DNA from: an uncultured Chloroflexia bacterium
GTDB lineage: Bacteria; Chloroflexota; Anaerolineae; B4-G1; SLSP01
Reading direction: 5' to 3'
DNA length: 64,000 nucleotides
Assembly: GCA_963751345.1 (NCBI GenBank)
Contig: CAVVUS010000030.1
Span: 364,730 to 428,729, forward strand
Of this stretch, positions 22,612-31,524 are shown piece by piece. Position numbers and translations under genes: made by a program. The first letter of the stretch is position 1; every line of letters begins with the position of its first letter. The notes under the pieces were generated by a model. That model was not told the DNA's origin and searched no databases. It was given only the letters and a program-made list of their open reading frames with translations.

Positions 22612-23694
22612 ATGTCCACGGTCAAGAAGCTGTTTATTCCCGGCCCGACACACGTGCGCGAGTCCATCCTGGAAGCACAAGCCGCACCGATGATCGGACA
22701 TCGGAGCACGGACTACTCAGATCTGCAGGGCGCGGTGACGCCCAAACTCCAGCAGCTTCTCTATACGGAGCAGCCGGTCTTCATCTACGCAGCCTCCGGC
22801 ACGGGCGTGATGGAGGGCTCCCTTCGGCAGACGGTGCTCAAGCGGGCGCTGATCACCGTGTGCGGAGCTTTCTCCGAGAGATGGTATGAGATTGCCGAGG
22901 CGAATGGCGTGCCCGCCGACCGGGTCGACGTTGCCTGGGGTGAGGGTTTCACCCCCGAGATGGTGGATGAGGCTTTGAGCAAGGGGGACTACGACGTCCT
23001 CACGGTGACGCTCAACGAGACGTCCACGGGCGTGATGAACCCCCTCAAAGAGATCGCCGCGATGGTTCGCGCAAAGTACCCGGACACCCTCATCCTGGTT
23101 GACGCGGTTTCAGCGATGGCCGGGGTGAAGATCGAGTTCGATGCCTGGGACCTCGACGTCGTGATCTCAAGTTCGCAGAAGTGCTTCGCGCTTCCTCCGG
23201 GGCTGGCGATCACGGGCGTGAGCGAGCGCGCCCTCCAGCGGACAGCGCAGGTACCCAACCGGGGCTACTACTTCGATTTCCTGACCATGCTCAAGTACTT
23301 CAAGCGAAATCAGACCCCGGCAACGCCCGCGGTCAGCCTCATCCAGGCCCTGAACCAGCAAATGGACGACATCCTGGCGGAGGGACTCGAGGCCCGTTGG
23401 GCCCGCCACATCGAAATGGCGAATGTCGTGCGCGATTGGGCCCGGAAAGACTGGGCACTCTTCTCGAACGAGCAGTTCCTCTCCAACACGGTCACGACGA
23501 TCCGGAACACGCGGGGTATCAGCGTCGCGGATCTCAACAAGGAGCTGGGAAAGCGCGGTGCGATGATCTCCAACGGCTATGGCAACACGCTGAAGGAGAA
23601 GACGTTCCGCATCGCGCATATGGGCGATCTGACGGTGGCGGATATCCATTGGGTGTTGGGGCTGATTGATGAGATACTGGGAGCTGGGGAGTAG
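22612..23694 (+). CDS. Class V PLP aminotransferase (serine-pyruvate / phosphoserine aminotransferase-like)
   Basis: FIPGPT, NETSTG, LVDAVS, SSQKCFALPPG, FRIAHMG. Confidence 0.9.
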   Translation: MSTVKKLFIPGPTHVRESILEAQAAPMIGHRSTDYSDLQGAVTPKLQQLLYTEQPVFIYAASGTGVMEGSLRQTVLKRALITVCGAFSERWYEIAEANGVPADRVDVAWGEGFTPEMVDEALSKGDYDVLTVTLNETSTGVMNPLKEIAAMVRAKYPDTLILVDAVSAMAGVKIEFDAWDLDVVISSSQKCFALPPGLAITGVSERALQRTAQVPNRGYYFDFLTMLKYFKRNQTPATPAVSLIQALNQQMDDILAEGLEARWARHIEMANVVRDWARKDWALFSNEQFLSNTVTTIRNTRGISVADLNKELGKRGAMISNGYGNTLKEKTFRIAHMGDLTVADIHWVLGLIDEILGAGE

Positions 23695-23798
23695 GGAGTA
23701 GGAAGTAGGGAGAAAAGGACTGAAGCAAGATCCGCTTTCGCCGGTTGTTGGCCTGGTCCCTGATTGACCAATCCCTAGCCACACGAGAGGAGCACACA

Positions 23799-24699
23799 AT
23801 GGGCAAACTACTGATATGCGATCCGGTTGACGCGAGCGCCATCGAAGAGATGCGGTCCGCCGGCATCGAGGTGGACGTACGCGATGATATCAGCCAGGAA
23901 GCTCTGGGGGATATCATCGGAGCGTATGAGGGAATCGTGGTCCGCAGCCGGACGCCGGTGCGGCAGGCGCTCCTGGAAAAGGCCTCCGCGCTGCGGGTGA
24001 TCATTCGCGGGGGGGTAGGGTTGGACAGCATCGATGTCGCCTATGCAAAGAGCAAGGGCATCGACGTCCGTAACACCCCGGAGGCCAACAGCAACGCCGT
24101 GGTCGAGCTGGTGCTGGGCATGATGCTGACGCTTGCACGCCACGTTTCGGCGGCCGATCAGGGGATGAAAGCCGGAAAGTGGGAGAAGAAGTCGCTCAAG
24201 GGGACCGAGATCACGGGCAAGACCCTGGGCATCGTGGGCTATGGCCGCATCGGCCAGCTTCTGGGTGAAAAAGCCAGGGCGCTTGGCATGACGGTCGTGG
24301 CTTACGACCCCTATGTGAAGCACCCGGATATCGTCTCCCTGGACGACCTGCTGGGCGCCTCTGACTACATCAGCGTGCACGTCCCCCTCACGCCCGGAAA
24401 CCGCGGACCTGCTCGACGCGTCCGCCCTGGCCAAGGTCAAGCGCGGTGCCTATCTGATCCAGGCTTCGCGCGGGGGAACGGTCAACGAAGAAGCACTCTA
24501 CACAGCCCTGGTCGACGGCACGTTGGCAGGCGCAGGGTTGGACGTCTACACGGCGGAGCCCCCCAAAGGGGAGCTGCTTCGGAAGCTCGTGGAGCTTCCC
24601 CAGGTCGTGGCAACGCCGCACATCGGCGCCGCGACCGAGGAGGCAACGGCCCGTGTCGGCGGTGAGGTGGTCAAACTGGCGAAGGAATACTTCGCTTAG
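23799..24699 (+). CDS. serA: D-3-phosphoglycerate dehydrogenase (frameshift near 24395)
   Basis: GVGLDSID, GIVGYGRIG, HVPLT, then SRGG, LDVYTAEP, TPHIGA in the second frame. Confidence 0.85.
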
Positions 24700-24726
24700 T
24701 GGTCAGGCAAGCTGGTTCTTGGAATC

Positions 24727-24818
24727 TGTCATCCTGAACGGGCGCCCACGCAGTGGGCGCGTGAAGGATCTACGTCGAGCAAGCGACTGAGATCCTTCGC
24801 CTGCGGCTCAGGATGACA
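24727..24818. repeat. REP-like palindromic element
   Basis: TGTCATCCTGA...GAAGGATCT...AGATCCTTC...TCAGGATGACA nested inverted repeats. Confidence 0.75.
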
Positions 24819-24866
24819 AGTTCGCACGAATAGGGTTAACTGACCACTCATCAGTCGGGAGGGTTT

Positions 24867-26186
24867 ATGGCAACCATTCGACCGTTTCGTGGGCTGCGGT
24901 ACAAGCCGGACAAGTTCTGTGAGCTGTCCGACGTCATTACGGCACCCTACGATCGAATTCACGAGGCGGAGCAAGAGCTCTACTACGAGCAATCCGCCTA
25001 CAATGTCGTCCGCATCATCCAGGGCATCCGCACGCCCGAGGACGACGACGAGAACAACGTCTACACGCGCGCGCTGGGATATCTGCGCAACTGGACCGCC
25101 GAAGGCGTCCTGGTGCGCGATCCGGAGCCCGCGCTCTACGTCCTGGAACAACGTTTCACCACCCCCGACGGCGAGGAACACGTCCGGCGCGGGCTGACGG
25201 CGGCGTTGAAGCTGACGGCTCTCGGCGAGGGCGAGGTCCTGCCCCACGAGCGCACGCTCAGCGGGCCCAAGGTCGACCGGCTCCGGCTGACCGAGGCCAC
25301 GCAGACGGCCTGGGGCCACATCTTTATGCTCTACCCGGATGCCCGGGAGACCATCAATGCCCTGCTGCAGCCCTTCCTGGACTCGCATATGCCCGCCATC
25401 GTCAACGATACGGTCGTCGAGCCCTCGGTCGAGCAGAACTTCTGGGTCGTCAACGATCCGGAGGTCGTCTCCGCGGTCGTGGACGCCATGGCCTCCTGCG
25501 GCCCGTTGATCATCGCCGACGGACACCACCGTTACGAGACGGCCTTGGCCTACCGGGATGAAATGCGGGTGAAGCACCCGGACGCACCGGAGGACGCGGC
25601 CTTCAACTACGTGCTGACGACGCTCGTGAGTATGGACGACCCCGGACTGGTGGTCCTGCCGACGCATCGCCTGATTCACTCCTACACGGCGATGAGCAGC
25701 CAGGAGCTGCTGCTCGCATTGGAATCCACGTTCGACATTCAACCTGTAGAGGATCTCGATGCGCTCTATGCGGCGCTGGGGGAAGCCACTGCCGAGCATC
25801 CGCGGTACGGCTTCTACGATGGCCAATTTGCGGTCCTCACCCTGAAGGACCTGGACGTGATGGACGAGTTGCTCCCGGATCGCGACCCCGTCTTCTGCGA
25901 CCTGGACGTGACCGTGCTTCACGAGCTGGTCATCGAGCGGACGATGGGACTGACCAAGGAAAGCGTCCAACGGTTGGAGAACATCACCTATCTGCGGGAC
26001 CCGATCCCGGGTCTGCAGGCCGTGGACAGCAACGAAGCCTCGTTCCTCTTCCTGCTGAACCCGACGCGGATGGATCAGATTCAGGCGTGTACTGCGGTGG
26101 ACGAGCGAATGCCGCAGAAGTCCACGGACTTCTACCCGAAGATCGTCAGTGGGCTGGTCGCGCTGCCGCTGGATGGTGACCTGTAG
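24867..26186 (+). CDS. DUF1015 family protein
   Basis: IRPFRGLRY, PYD, LPHERT, IADGHHRYET, MPQKSTDFYPK. Confidence 0.9.
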   Translation: MATIRPFRGLRYKPDKFCELSDVITAPYDRIHEAEQELYYEQSAYNVVRIIQGIRTPEDDDENNVYTRALGYLRNWTAEGVLVRDPEPALYVLEQRFTTPDGEEHVRRGLTAALKLTALGEGEVLPHERTLSGPKVDRLRLTEATQTAWGHIFMLYPDARETINALLQPFLDSHMPAIVNDTVVEPSVEQNFWVVNDPEVVSAVVDAMASCGPLIIADGHHRYETALAYRDEMRVKHPDAPEDAAFNYVLTTLVSMDDPGLVVLPTHRLIHSYTAMSSQELLLALESTFDIQPVEDLDALYAALGEATAEHPRYGFYDGQFAVLTLKDLDVMDELLPDRDPVFCDLDVTVLHELVIERTMGLTKESVQRLENITYLRDPIPGLQAVDSNEASFLFLLNPTRMDQIQACTAVDERMPQKSTDFYPKIVSGLVALPLDGDL

Positions 26187-26187
26187 G

Positions 26188-26841
26188 ATGGCCGAAGTCC
26201 GGTACCTGCTCTTCGATCTGGACAACACGCTCTATACCGATAGCTCGGGGCTCTTCCTGGAGGTAGGGCGGCGCATCGAGGAATGGACGGCAGACGCGCT
26301 GGGCATCGAGTTGGCCGAAGCAAAGGCCCTGAGGCGCGTCTACTACACCAAGTATGGGACGACGATGGCGGGACTCCTGAGCGAGCATCCGGAGATCGAC
26401 ATCGATGCCTATCTCGACTACGTGCACGATATCGACGTCTCGCGTTATCTGGCGCCCAACCCCGAATTGGCCGCAATGCTGGACGCGCTCCCGGCGCCCA
26501 AGATGGTCTTCACGAACAGCATCGCGAGCTGGGCGGAAAAGGTGACGCAGCAGCTGGGGATCCGGGATCGCTTCGAGGGGATCGTCGACGTGCGCGCCGT
26601 TGGGTACCGGTGCAAGCCGGACGCCTACGCTTTTGACTGGGTCCTCAAGACGCTCGACCTGCCCGGGCCGGCGTGCGTGATGCTGGACGATCAGGTCAGC
26701 TATCTGTCCGGGGCCGTCAAGGCCGGGATGCGCACCATTCTCGTTAGAGAGGGGGGCGCGGCGACCGACGGTATCGAGTTTGCCGTGGACGACATCCTGG
26801 CGGCGGAGCCGGTGCTGCAGGAGCTGTTGGCGAAGGGATAG
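26188..26841 (+). CDS. HAD-superfamily hydrolase (pyrimidine 5'-nucleotidase-like)
   Basis: FDLDNTLY, YGTT, FTN, CKP, MLDD. Confidence 0.85.
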   Translation: MAEVRYLLFDLDNTLYTDSSGLFLEVGRRIEEWTADALGIELAEAKALRRVYYTKYGTTMAGLLSEHPEIDIDAYLDYVHDIDVSRYLAPNPELAAMLDALPAPKMVFTNSIASWAEKVTQQLGIRDRFEGIVDVRAVGYRCKPDAYAFDWVLKTLDLPGPACVMLDDQVSYLSGAVKAGMRTILVREGGAATDGIEFAVDDILAAEPVLQELLAKG

Positions 26842-26915
26842 GGAAGAAGGAGTAGGGAGTAGGGAGAGGAGTACGGAGTAGGGGGAGCCCTGCGGGCGAG
26901 GGTGGCTCATCTCCA

Positions 26916-26964
26916 AGTGCCGGGGACTCCGCGCCGCAGACGGCGCGGGAAGCTCCCCGGCACT
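26916..26964. repeat. REP-like hairpin, AGTGCCGGGGAC...TCCCCGGCACT family (also 31221, 31308, 49669, 53512, 53596)
   Basis: Same terminal inverted repeat seen at about six intergenic sites. Confidence 0.75.
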
Positions 26965-27818
26965 GTTCGTGGTGGGTGTGCGGCGAAAATGGGTTCGTTT
27001 CGCAATGGGAGGGGCGGCAGGGATTAGGGTTCGTCATCGGGGGGCTCGATTGGCATGAGCGGGTGGGGATGGACGGGGGTCGCATAGCCGGCGCCGCGCA
27101 GGCGCTGGAGGTGTTCGAGGCGGGCGAGGGCGCGATCGAGCTGGTTCTGGAGGGAGGTCTCGTAGCGGGCGAGGGTGGCTGCGGTTCTGAGGTGCGGGAT
27201 GCTGTCGTCGGCTTGCTGCGATCGCGAGGCGGTGGTGGCGGTGGGCCGCGAGCTGCTCCTGCAAGCGCGTCGAACAGGTCGGCAGCGGCCCGGAGGAGTT
27301 GTTCGTCGCCGGTGTCACGGAGGGTGGGATCGTGAGCGAGCATACAGTTACGCAGCTCGGCAGGGCCGGCGTGGTATGCCGCCTGGAGGTTTCCGACCTC
27401 AGACGCAAGCCGTCTCTCGGCGGAGGTGACCGGCGGTCGGCCCCAGTTATTCTCGGACGAGCTGAGGATCTCGTCGGGGTCGGCGGCTTGCTGGCGCCAG
27501 GCGATCTCGGCCGGCCTCGGCGCGATAGAGGCGTGCGAGGCGCCAGTAGGCCACGGCGATCTGCTGGATGAGGAGCTCCTCGATGGCGTTGATGGGCTTG
27601 AAGATGTCGAGGAGTTCGGTGACGAGTTCGTCAAAGGCGTCCTGGGATTCGTAGAGTGCGAGGGCCTCAGGGATGAGGGCCTGGGCGAGGATGCCGTGTT
27701 TGAGGGCGTTGTGGCGCGAGATGGCTTTGCCCTCGGGGGTGCGCGGGCCGGTGGACTTTCGGGCGTTGGCGCGGTTGGCAGCGAGCTGCTTCTCGGTGAC
27801 TCGTTTGGGGCCGGTCAT
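26950..27818 (-). CDS. Conserved hypothetical protein (KQLAANRANARKSTGPRTPEGK...NALKHG type), frameshifted; 3' end approximate
   Basis: GGAGG RBS, characteristic N-terminal motif, C-terminal CETNP motif in another frame. Confidence 0.6.
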
Positions 27819-27838
27819 CGGTGTGTGCCTCCTGTGAT

Positions 27839-27881
27839 AGAACGTTTATTCTATTATAGAGCGGGATTGGGGGTCAATCAA
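27839..27881 (-). promoter_or_regulatory. Sigma70 promoter with adjacent LexA-box-like site
   Basis: Minus strand TTGATT-17bp-TATAAT; AGAACGTTTATTCT is one mismatch from GAAC-N4-GTTC. Confidence 0.5.
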
Positions 27882-28093
27882 GGCTGCACCGACAAAGTGG
27901 CGATGGGGCGATATTGCGCAAAGTAGAGTGAGCGAATGAGCGGGAAGACGGGGCGGCGCCCCGTCTCTACGAAGGTCGCGAGACGAGATGATGCGGGAAA
28001 ACGATGCGCACCCTCTGCCGCACCGTGCGTTGCGTCCGACCCGGCCCGGGGCTATACTCGTGGTGTAGGGGACCCAGAAAGGGAGGTGTCGCC

Positions 28094-28384
28094 ATGGTGA
28101 ATAAGGCCGCAGTCGCAGGACCCAACTCCAAGTTCAAGGAGCCCGAGGCCAAGCCGGCAGGCTTTTGGGCCGGTGTGTGGCACGGCGCGATTATGCCCAT
28201 CGCTTTCTTCGTCAGCCTCTTCAACGAGGGGGTCGGCATCTACGAGACCCACAACACGGGCCGGAGCTACAACTTCGGCTTTCTGCTCGGGGCGTCGATG
28301 GCGGTTGGGCGCCAGAAGGGCATGCACGTCGAGGTCGGTAAGGACAAGGCGTCCAGGGAGGCGGAGCGTCCGGGGAGGACGTAG
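28094..28384 (+). CDS. Small hypothetical membrane protein
   Basis: GGAGG RBS; AGFWAGVWHG...IYETHNTG.SYNFGFLLG. Confidence 0.7.
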   Translation: MVNKAAVAGPNSKFKEPEAKPAGFWAGVWHGAIMPIAFFVSLFNEGVGIYETHNTGRSYNFGFLLGASMAVGRQKGMHVEVGKDKASREAERPGRT

Positions 28385-28416
28385 CGTCCAAGTGATCAGT
28401 TAACCGATTCTGGAGC

Positions 28417-28499
28417 TGTCATCCTGACGCGCCCAGCAGTGGGCGCGTGAAGGACTGTCGTTACACGACTGAGATCCTTCGCATGCGGCTCAGGAGGAC
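28417..28499. repeat. REP-like palindromic element, degenerate copy of 24727-24818
   Basis: Shares TGTCATCCTGA, GTGGGCGCGTGAAGGA and GACTGAGATCCTTCGC. Confidence 0.7.
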
Positions 28500-28794
28500 G
28501 TAGCGTCCAGTTAAGCTGAAGCATAGTCTCATTCATCGGTTCTGTAGCCGCTCAGGCCGGAACGACGCCTGAGGGACTACAGGCCAAGTCGTTACTACGA
28601 ACCCCAATGATCAAGTTTGCAGGGCATTGGGGCGAAGCGTCCAAGGATGGAGCCGTGGCCGGCCGGCGGCGCGTAGGCGCCGTCCTCGGCCTCGACGTTG
28701 TCGGGGTGCACCTGGGTGATGAACTTGCGGCTGCGCCCACAGGGTGGGTCGTGGTCCCGTCCCAGTCCACGGCAATCAGACGCAGGAGGCTGCT

Positions 28795-29531
28795 ATGACC
28801 GATCGCGCGACGTTCAACTGGGCGCGGCGCGTGTCTCGCCTCGATATCCAGCGGCTGTATGAGAGCGATGCGCAGGGGATCCCGGACCAAGAGCTGCTCG
28901 ACAAGGTGCACTACGGAATCTACGCGCGGGTGTGCGATATGTTCGAGGTGCGTCAGGCACAGCAGACGGGACGAGTGACCTGCCGGCGGTGCGGCGCGCC
29001 GATCTCGCAGCCCTACCGCATGGGCTCGCAGCACAAGGGGGACGTGCTGACGTGCGAGGCGTGCGGGTGGCATGTGACGTGCGGGGAATTCTACGACAGT
29101 TATACCGGGAAGAACCTGCTGCCGGGCTCGGTGACGGACCTCTTCGAGGCCTACCTCGAACGGTTCCCGGCGGCGAAGACGGCGCAGGAGAAGATGGTGC
29201 TCATCGACTGGCTGATCCACCAGTTCCACGTGAACCAGGGGGTGGCCAACAAGCCGGTGGGCAAGAACGTGATCCAGGGGACGGCCAAGCAGGTGGCCGA
29301 GCTGATCGAGACGCTGGCCTACGGGTCGGGGAGCACGAAGGGGTTGATCTCGCAGGAGGCGTGGCGAGAGATCACTACGACCCGGTGCGGCAGTTCAAGC
29401 AGGCCCACTCGCACGCGGAGACCCAGCGGATCGCGGCGGAGCTGGGCATCGAGGGGCGGAGCGGGATGACGGAGGACGCGCTGATCCCGGAGATATTGCG
29501 GCGGAGGGGGAAGGGAGCGGAGAAGCGATAG
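28795..29531 (+). CDS. Hypothetical Zn-ribbon protein with C-terminal Rho-N-like helical domain (frameshift near 29370)
   Basis: AGGAGG RBS; CRRC...CEAC; IAAELGIEGRSGMTEDALI tail. Confidence 0.6.
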
Positions 29532-29559
29532 AGAGAAAGGGCGAGAAGGTGCGGCGTGC

Positions 29560-30075
29560 TTACGGCATTTCACCGGCCAGCGTCAGGACACTATCGTAGA
29601 GCGAGGCACTAAGGCGAAAGCCCTGATCAACGAGGGCATCCAGATGAGGTCGTACTTCCGCAATCAATCCGGCTCGATAGGCACGAAGCAAAATCCCCAA
29701 CGTACCCATCACACGCAAGCCCAAGGATTCGGCCAGTTCACGGGCCTGCCGGTCATCGAGTCCCGCGAGCGTGGCCGGCTGCATACGGGCGAACGCAATC
29801 ACCGCCCGTTCGCCGTTTCCCAGGCGGCTAGGGGGAAGCGCCTCGATGACCTCGACGGGGATCGTGATCACCCTGACCCATGAGAGCACCCGAACGTCAA
29901 GCGTATCGCTCCGCAGAAGACGTCCCATGTCCAACTCCAGGGCGACTTCTTCAGGGACATAGATCGCTGCAAACAGCGCCGGGAGCAGGTTTGCCTGGGC
30001 AATACGCCCCAGGTAGAGCAGGACCGAGGTATCGCAGACCAGGCCAAGCGAGGATTTCGGGACGGAATCAGCCAT
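29560..30075 (-). CDS. DUF3368 PIN-domain toxin
   Basis: VCDTSVL, LGNGERAVI, LDDRQAR, GTLGIL, GFRLS. Confidence 0.85.
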   Translation of the reverse strand: MADSVPKSSLGLVCDTSVLLYLGRIAQANLLPALFAAIYVPEEVALELDMGRLLRSDTLDVRVLSWVRVITIPVEVIEALPPSRLGNGERAVIAFARMQPATLAGLDDRQARELAESLGLRVMGTLGILLRAYRAGLIAEVRPHLDALVDQGFRLSASLYDSVLTLAGEMP

Positions 30076-30322
30076 CCGCCAGTTCCCGGCGCAGGTCGTC
30101 AGCCGTGATCTGGGAGATAGGAATGTTGTTCTCGGTGCACAGATCGAAGAAGAGCACGCGGGGTATGCCCGCCAGTTCGGCAGCAGCGCCAGAGGACAAC
30201 TTACCCGACCGGAAGAGCATCAATGCAGCGTACAGCCGGAAATCCCGCGCCAACTCGTCCGGTGTACGGTTGAGCATCTCCCGTACATCAGCGGGGACCT
30301 GAATGGTGATGACTTCATCCAT
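30068..30322 (-). CDS. UPF0175 family antitoxin
   Basis: LFRSGKLSSGAAAELAGI; overlaps the PIN gene. Confidence 0.85.
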   Translation of the reverse strand: MDEVITIQVPADVREMLNRTPDELARDFRLYAALMLFRSGKLSSGAAAELAGIPRVLFFDLCTENNIPISQITADDLRRELADG

Positions 30323-30549
30323 CGCTATCGTTCTCCGACTTGTATCATCGAGTCAGCATCTTCATTATAGCAGAATCACCCGCGAGCGGGGCGGAGGGTC
30401 AGGCTAGCGCATTTGGACGTCGAGGGAACCTTCCGGGAAGCTGCATCGTGCCCTCCAGTGGCCATCCTTCCCGGGTCGAAGGCGGTCCTACATCGCAACG
30501 CGCTTCTCAGCTTCCCGGAAGGTAAAGCGCGCATTACCCAAATGGGTAT

Positions 30550-30586
30550 TTGACAAAACGACAACAATCTGTTAACATGCTGTTAA
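30550..30586 (+). promoter_or_regulatory. Sigma70 promoter with an overlapping inverted repeat
   Basis: TTGACA(30550)-17bp-TAACAT with TG extension; TTAACA-TGC-TGTTAA palindrome at 30572-30586. Confidence 0.65.
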
Positions 30587-30658
30587 TGATCGTGGTGTAG
30601 ACTACGATCAGGTTGAGGGAACAGAGAAACCCTCGAAGTACTTGAACATATAGAGCAG

Positions 30659-30792
30659 CTTGCCGCCTAATGCGACAGCAACGGGGGACCCACTCGTGGG
30701 GCGAACCGGATCGGGGCGCACAGTCGTGTGCCCGTTTCCGCAGGGTTACTTCTTTGACCCGAGCCCGACAGCTAACCTCGTAGGCGTGGAGG
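30659..30792 (+). ncRNA. Cyclic di-AMP (ydaO/yuaA) riboswitch
   Basis: ACGGGGGACCC...GGGGCGAA...GCAGGG...CCCGAGCCCGACAGCTAACCTCGTAGGCG matches the ydaO consensus as recalled; CGCCT/AGGCG closing helix. Confidence 0.85.
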
Positions 30793-30825
30793 AAGGACGC
30801 CCAGCACTCTGGAGTGTCCTTTTTT
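30793..30825 (+). terminator. Riboswitch expression-platform terminator
   Basis: AAGGACGCCCAG...CTGGAGTGTCCTTTTTT hairpin plus U-tract immediately after the aptamer. Confidence 0.75.
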
Positions 30826-30944
30826 GTTGCCGAGCGGCGCAGGGCCGAAGCGGCGCAGGGCCGAAGCGGCCCTGGCCGAGGCGCGAAGGACGAGCCCCAG
30901 AACTCGGGCGTACTTCTCTAGCATTAAGGTAAGGAGAAAGTACG

Positions 30945-31100
30945 ATGAACGAACTATTTATGGCAGATGTGGAAGCGCAGGTGTATCAGGACTGGGAACG
31001 CCGTTTCAACAAGCGCGTGATCCGCCGACCAGAGAAGACCGGCATTGAACTGCCCCAATTTGTACGGGACTTGGTGGACAATCTGAAGAAGGCCTTCTAG
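30945..31100 (+). CDS. 51-aa small protein of unknown function
   Basis: AAGGAG RBS; MNELFMADVEAQVYQDWERRFNKRVIRRPEKTGIELPQFVRDLVDNLKKAF; lies between the riboswitch and a terminator; below the ORF-track length cutoff. Confidence 0.75.
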   Translation: MNELFMADVEAQVYQDWERRFNKRVIRRPEKTGIELPQFVRDLVDNLKKAF

Positions 31101-31123
31101 TTACCGGCCCAGGCAGGACAATC

Positions 31124-31154
31124 GCGGGGAGCCCAATGGGCTCCCCGCTTTTTT
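31124..31154 (+). terminator. Rho-independent terminator
   Basis: GCGGGGAGCCC-AAT-GGGCTCCCCGC followed by TTTTTT. Confidence 0.85.
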
Positions 31155-31524
31155 GTGTCTGAATCACGGATGGGTGGCCGGGCGGGCTGCCCATGCGCAT
31201 CAAGCTGAGGAGATGGGACCAGTGCCGGGGACTTTCCGAACGCCGTCTGCGGCGCGTCCCCGGCGCTTGAGGACAGAGCCCCCGCGGCTGTGGGTGTCCT
31301 CGTTCTAGGTGCCAGGCACTCGCGCCTCGGAAGGCGTCGAAAGTGCCAGGCACCGGAGACGCGCCGCATCCGGTGGGCGCGATGGCGGATGGGCGGGATT
31401 GGGTGTACAGTGTTTGGGACAACGATCTGCGTTCACGGGCGACATTCCTCCCACCTCGGTCTTCGGACATCTGAGAGCGAAGCACTGTTATGGCCGGACG
31501 ATACAGTGATGAGGAGGAGGGGAG

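Noticed and set aside
14283-24699. Programmed frameshifting or true pseudogenisation of coaE and serA
   Set aside because: Similar indels occur throughout the window in unrelated genes, pointing to sequencing error.
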